64,000 nt of DNA from Octopus sinensis (Eukaryota): assembly GCF_006345805.1 (NCBI RefSeq), contig NC_043006.1, positions 42,470,001-42,534,000 on the forward strand, given 5' to 3'. The position numbers were made by a program, and so were the translations under genes. Numbering within the stretch: the stretch's first letter is position 1; each line of letters begins with the position of its first letter. Under the pieces are notes generated by a model, which was not told where the DNA came from, made no database searches, and saw only the letters and a program-made list of their open reading frames with translations. Positions 58,971 to 64,000 of the stretch are shown here, piece after piece.

Positions 58971-59612
58971 TGCATACAAATGCATTTTAAAATAGGAACA
59001 TACTTATGTAACTTATCAAATATCCGTAACAACAATATCTTTGTATTCTAAACATATGTCATAGCATATGATCCAATTTTAACTAAATAGTTAATCGAAA
59101 GCAGCGGTCCTCAATCACCATTTCGGAGCATTTGGCAACCGTATAACCTTCTGTGACAAACAATTATAAAACAAAAAAAATGAAGATAGGGGAGCACACT
59201 CAACATATGATACATCCTTTTTCCTGGAGAAAGATTTCTCGTTTATATTTGTTTGCTGTGAATATCATGTTGTGGCCCTCATTCTAATGACTTATTTATA
59301 AAAAATAATCATGATCGTCTTTATCAAATGTTTTCAAACTAAAAACTTATTTTGGTGGTACTTTTAAAATCATGCTGCGACATTAATCGGGACGAGTTGA
59401 TCTAAAAACAGTGTTCGTATTTTAGTTTCAACAATATGATCGCATCGATCGCGCTTAGCCGCAATTCACAGTCTGAAGCAACTAAAAAAAAAAAAAAGTA
59501 ATAATAACTATTTAACAAGGAAAGTAAAAAAATTACACAGAAACGAACCAAATCTTAGAACGAAAGATTTCATCGGAAATCACTATTTATCTCTCTCTCT
59601 CTCTCCCGACCT

Positions 59613-59676
<64 letters not shown>

Positions 59677-59827
59677 TATTAACTACATATACTTACTGAA
59701 TATGCTTCGTGTATTTTCCGGTGGCTGCAATAGCGTGGTGGAGTACATACACTCTAAAAGCGCCGGATGTTAAAACACCTGAGAATCATGGACAGGCGAG
59801 GTAACTCACCTTCAATCTGCTTTTATT

Positions 59828-59873
<46 letters not shown>

Positions 59874-60315
59874 GTATATATGTATAGTAGGCACTGCATG
59901 ACCGATTGGTTAAGAAGTTCGCTTCTCATTCATGATGTTCTGGTTTCGATTCGAACTTGCTGCGAGACATTCGTCACTATATTGTCTCTCGAGTCGAGGT
60001 TATATAGTGAAATGGAAACTGCGTAGGAGCCCGTTAAATGGATTGTATCTGATATTCAAAGGCCCAGCCCTATCCTACTGATTGCGCCTGAGAATTACAA
60101 TTAAGGTACATGTGTCTTCGGAATACTCAGCCACTTGCAGCAATCGAACAACTGGACATTCATGGTGGAAAATAAATAAATTTTATTTTCCATATATATA
60201 TATATAAATATATAAATAAATATATATATATAAATGCGTGTATGTGTGTGTATGTATACATATGCACACAGACACATATATATATATACACTCACACATA
60301 AGTATGTATATATGC

Positions 60316-60348
<33 letters not shown>

Positions 60349-60620
60349 ATGTGTAAGAGAGGGAAGGAGCATTCCTGCTGTGTTGTTCAAACAGCAAACT
60401 TCAAACTTCAAGAACAGAAAAAATATGTATGGAAAGCATTTATGATATAACTTTTCGTGAGGCGCCATTCGAGTTTTTATTTTACATAACTAGGCTTTCT
60501 ATTTTGTTTTTCTTCCCTCTACAATAGATTTGTGTTTTCCAATAGGCAGAATTGATTAATTTTATTAATCAATTCAGTTTTTGTTTCAGAAATATCAAAA
60601 TACACCAGCAGCTTATACAT

Positions 60621-60666
<46 letters not shown>

Positions 60667-60678
60667 ACACAGACACAG

Positions 60679-60710
<32 letters not shown>

Positions 60711-61744
60711 ACACAGACACACACACACACACACACACACGCACGCACACAAACATACACACACACAGTTAGTGTAATACTGCGATATTCAATGATTTGG
60801 ATCACAAAAAACAAAAAATCTTAAAATTCAGGATTTTGTTTTCACGTTCAGCCGATAGTGAAAATTGCTTGATAAGAATGAAAAAGGAATTTCAAATAGT
60901 TGCTGACTGTGCAAAAACGAAATAAGAACAAAAAATTTTTCAAACTCTTCCATATTTGAAAGGAAAAAACGGATAACTTACAAAACGTATTTTGTCAGTT
61001 TATTTATCAGATTCGTTGTGGTACGGTTAGATTTCGTGTTAGAGTTACCTAAATAGAATTATATATTGTTCGACATATCCCGTTTCCTTTTTTTTTCATA
61101 GGAGACACGTATGAAGGTCACAACAAGCCAATTCTTCTCTTCTAAAATGCAAGGCCTTTTGTACAAAAGGAACGATTTAAAGAGCGTTAGTAACTTACCT
61201 TTTAAATATATTTTCCCCTGATATGAAGCATTGGTTATTCGTTTCCAGTAGGTTAAAAATAGGGAATGGGATAGTTTGGAAGAATTGGTAGTGCAGCATA
61301 CAAAATGCCAAATGGTATTTATTTACGCCTCTTAACGTTTTGATTTCGAATCTTAACTACTTAGTTTTTGATCCTTCAGGAGTCAATAAAATAAGTACCT
61401 GTTATGAACTATGGTGTTCTTTATTGACCCTAAAACATTCCCCGCTAAAATTTTAGAATTAATATGATTAAAACCGCGAGGATTGTGGAAGATGAGATAA
61501 AGTTCATAGAGAACCAAAGAGGACTGGGGTGTTTTTATTCTCAATTTCACCTTGCTAACACTCTTAAGAAAGAGGCATTTTAATTACGATATTTTTTTTT
61601 ACTTACCCACATCCATTGAATTAAGCTAAGGTTTACCAATAGATTTTCATCAAACCAAGTATGGTTAAAATATTTACAGCAACTTCGATGATATTGATTT
61701 CTTTGCCAGGCACAAGATCAATTTTTAAAAATAACATATTGGAT

Positions 61745-61902
61745 GGCATAAAAGACACGTAGGCATGTAAGACGCACTCCAATTTCAGTAGCGCATATAC
61801 CGGAAAATGATTTTGGTGCATTAAATCATATAGGATCCCGGGCAGGTTTTTGAGACATATTTTGGCGGGGTGGGGATGCGTCTTACATGTAATTAAATAC
61901 AG
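61745..61902. mobile_element. End fragment of a Tc2/Kanga-like element
   Basis: Inverted CATGTAAGACGCA motifs (61764, ~61877) and a terminal ...AAATACAG|TA, the same architecture as 28597. Confidence 0.6.
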
Positions 61903-62944
61903 TATTAGTATTTAAATGATATCAATTTTAAAAATTACCCTCCATAAGGGAGAGAGAAACCGGAAGTGTAATGGATAATTGCATGTCTTTTCCAAACATC
62001 TATTGACGTAAATGATCGAATTTGTTATTGCTGTTGTTGTTTAGCCACAGGTCAACTCTGATCGAACAGATATATAATCGAAAGCATTCCAGCAATGACT
62101 ATCCCATCTTATTAGGTATATACTAGATAAAATTACCTGTGTCAGTTCCTTTTGTAATACGTAGGATGTGTTTTGAGGGAGATTTCTAGCGAGTTGAGAA
62201 ACCACGTCGAGGTTTCCTCGTTGTCTCGGCTTAACGGAGTATACTTCTTTCTCCATTTAGTTCGCCCTATCTTCAAACGGAATGTGTTAAAGATCTCTTA
62301 AATAAAAAATGCTGAATCAAGTATAAAAAAATTCTATTTTGAAGTCCTGTTTCTGAAGACATATCCTGGAATAAAATTACCTAAGAGACCAAGAAGCCGA
62401 CAACCAATTCTTTCTTCTTTTCTTGTTGAGAGAAGATAGCATTTTAATTAAGATAGTTTTTGTATATTTTTAACTTAGTTTCCCCGTAGAATTAAGCTAA
62501 GATATACCAATAGATTTTGAAGTATAAAAACAAATAACAAGAAAGATATCGAAGAAAGAGTACTGTTGACACTGAAATAAAATCTGGCTGCGTGCCACAA
62601 CAACTTAAAATAACTCTGATTCACGTGTAGCTAAGACGAAAGTATCTGGCTGTAAAAGTGAAGGATGCAATTTAATAAATCGTTAAATATATGTTTAGCC
62701 GCAGCTAGGTAAATTATTGGTAGTTAGGAAATAGCCATTGCGCTGCTTGTATGTATGTTAATTTGTAATATCAGCGCTTGTGACACTAATGGTAGGGTAG
62801 AAGCAACAGGCGAGTTTGAAATAGCCAACTACTTATAAATTAGATGTTTTCTTTGTTTTTGATTTTTCCATGACATTTTCTAGTCATCTATCCCAACTCC
62901 CTATTAAATAAATATGATGTGCGTGCGTGCGCGCGCGCGCGCGC

Positions 62945-62995
<51 letters not shown>

Positions 62996-63838
62996 CGTGT
63001 ATGTGTGCAGGCGTCCACATGTATACGCACGTGTGCGCATGCTGGTTGGTAAAACGTAAATGAATTCTCAACCTTATTTTCGAGATTGTTTCAGCTGAAA
63101 GAGAAGTCTGGTATTACGTGCCAACATCCCAAATCTATTAATGCATTTCAAGATGTATGTATGTATGTATGTATGTATGTATGTATGTATGTATGTATGT
63201 ATGTATGTATGTATGTATGTATGTATGTATGTATGTATGTATGCATGCATGCATGCATGCATGCATGTATGTATGTATGTATGTATGTATGTTTGTTTTT
63301 GTGTGTGTGCATGTATATATATATGTCTGTGTGTATGTATGTATTTATGCCTGTGTATATATACATATATACATACATACATACTTACAGGTAGATAGAC
63401 AGATAGATAGATAGACAGATAGATAGATAGACAAATAGATGGGAGGGTGGGTAGGTAGGTAGATAGATAGATAGATAAATCGATAGCTAGACATATAAAG
63501 CGATAGATAAATCGATCGATAGATAGATAGACAGATAGGTAGATTGCCAAGCTGTCTCTTGTCATCTTCCATTTGCAATGTCTTAGTATTAAGAAAAAGA
63601 AACACGGGTTTTGTAAACCAGCCAAGAGTCGGACTAAAAACGTACTTTACCATTGTTGTTACGTTGTTTTCCATGCTGATTTCAATTCTGGTCGAAGTTT
63701 ACTTTGTCTTTCATAAAATAAGTACCAAGAGTATATTTTTACGTTGATTTAATCTGCAGAACCATATTGATCGAAAAGAGCAATATTGATTGCGCAGAGT
63801 TCTATGATGAAAGCCAATTCTAGCTATGAATACCCCGT

Positions 63839-63874
<36 letters not shown>

Positions 63875-64000
63875 ATTTATTACATAAATCACTGAAACTA
63901 CGAATAATAAATCTTGTGGCCAAATAAAAGTAAAAAATAATAATAATAAAAAAAAAAACCCACTGTTTAATATTGCTAGAAATGTTATGCACGCAAATTC

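Overview
AT-rich, repeat-dense animal DNA. Microsatellite load and SINE families suggest a cephalopod, probably an octopus; this is inference, not proven. Nearly all ORFs in the track are microsatellite artefacts. Two real, apparently intronless coding loci lie on the + strand, each split by one -1 frame break that a single added homopolymer base would repair. (1) 37542-40288 is a divergent FERM + PTP protein of the Pez/PTPN14/PTPN21 family. It keeps a PPxY motif and CX5R but has lost the WPD acid and the Q-loop Gln, so it is a likely retrocopy and pseudophosphatase. (2) 55534-57995 is an ~820-aa acidic low-complexity protein with a 44-aa duplication, ending in a catalytically degenerate HNH_3-type endonuclease fold (possible domesticated mobile-element nuclease). 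The main non-coding signal is a set of minimal type I hammerhead-ribozyme motifs with palindromic stem III, typical of Penelope-like pLTRs and retrozymes. About ten intact or decayed copies are visible, including a ~400-bp near-perfect palindrome (8204-8603) with one intact-looking hammerhead on each strand and a tail-to-tail pair around a (TA)n tract. The rest is several tRNA-headed SINE families (often nested, dimeric or tandem), RTE and CR1 LINE fragments, decayed maT (DD37D), Tc2/pogo, mariner and hAT transposons, MITEs, Helitron-like elements and one 100-N gap. Repeat boundaries were read by eye and are approximate unless a TSD or TIR is quoted.
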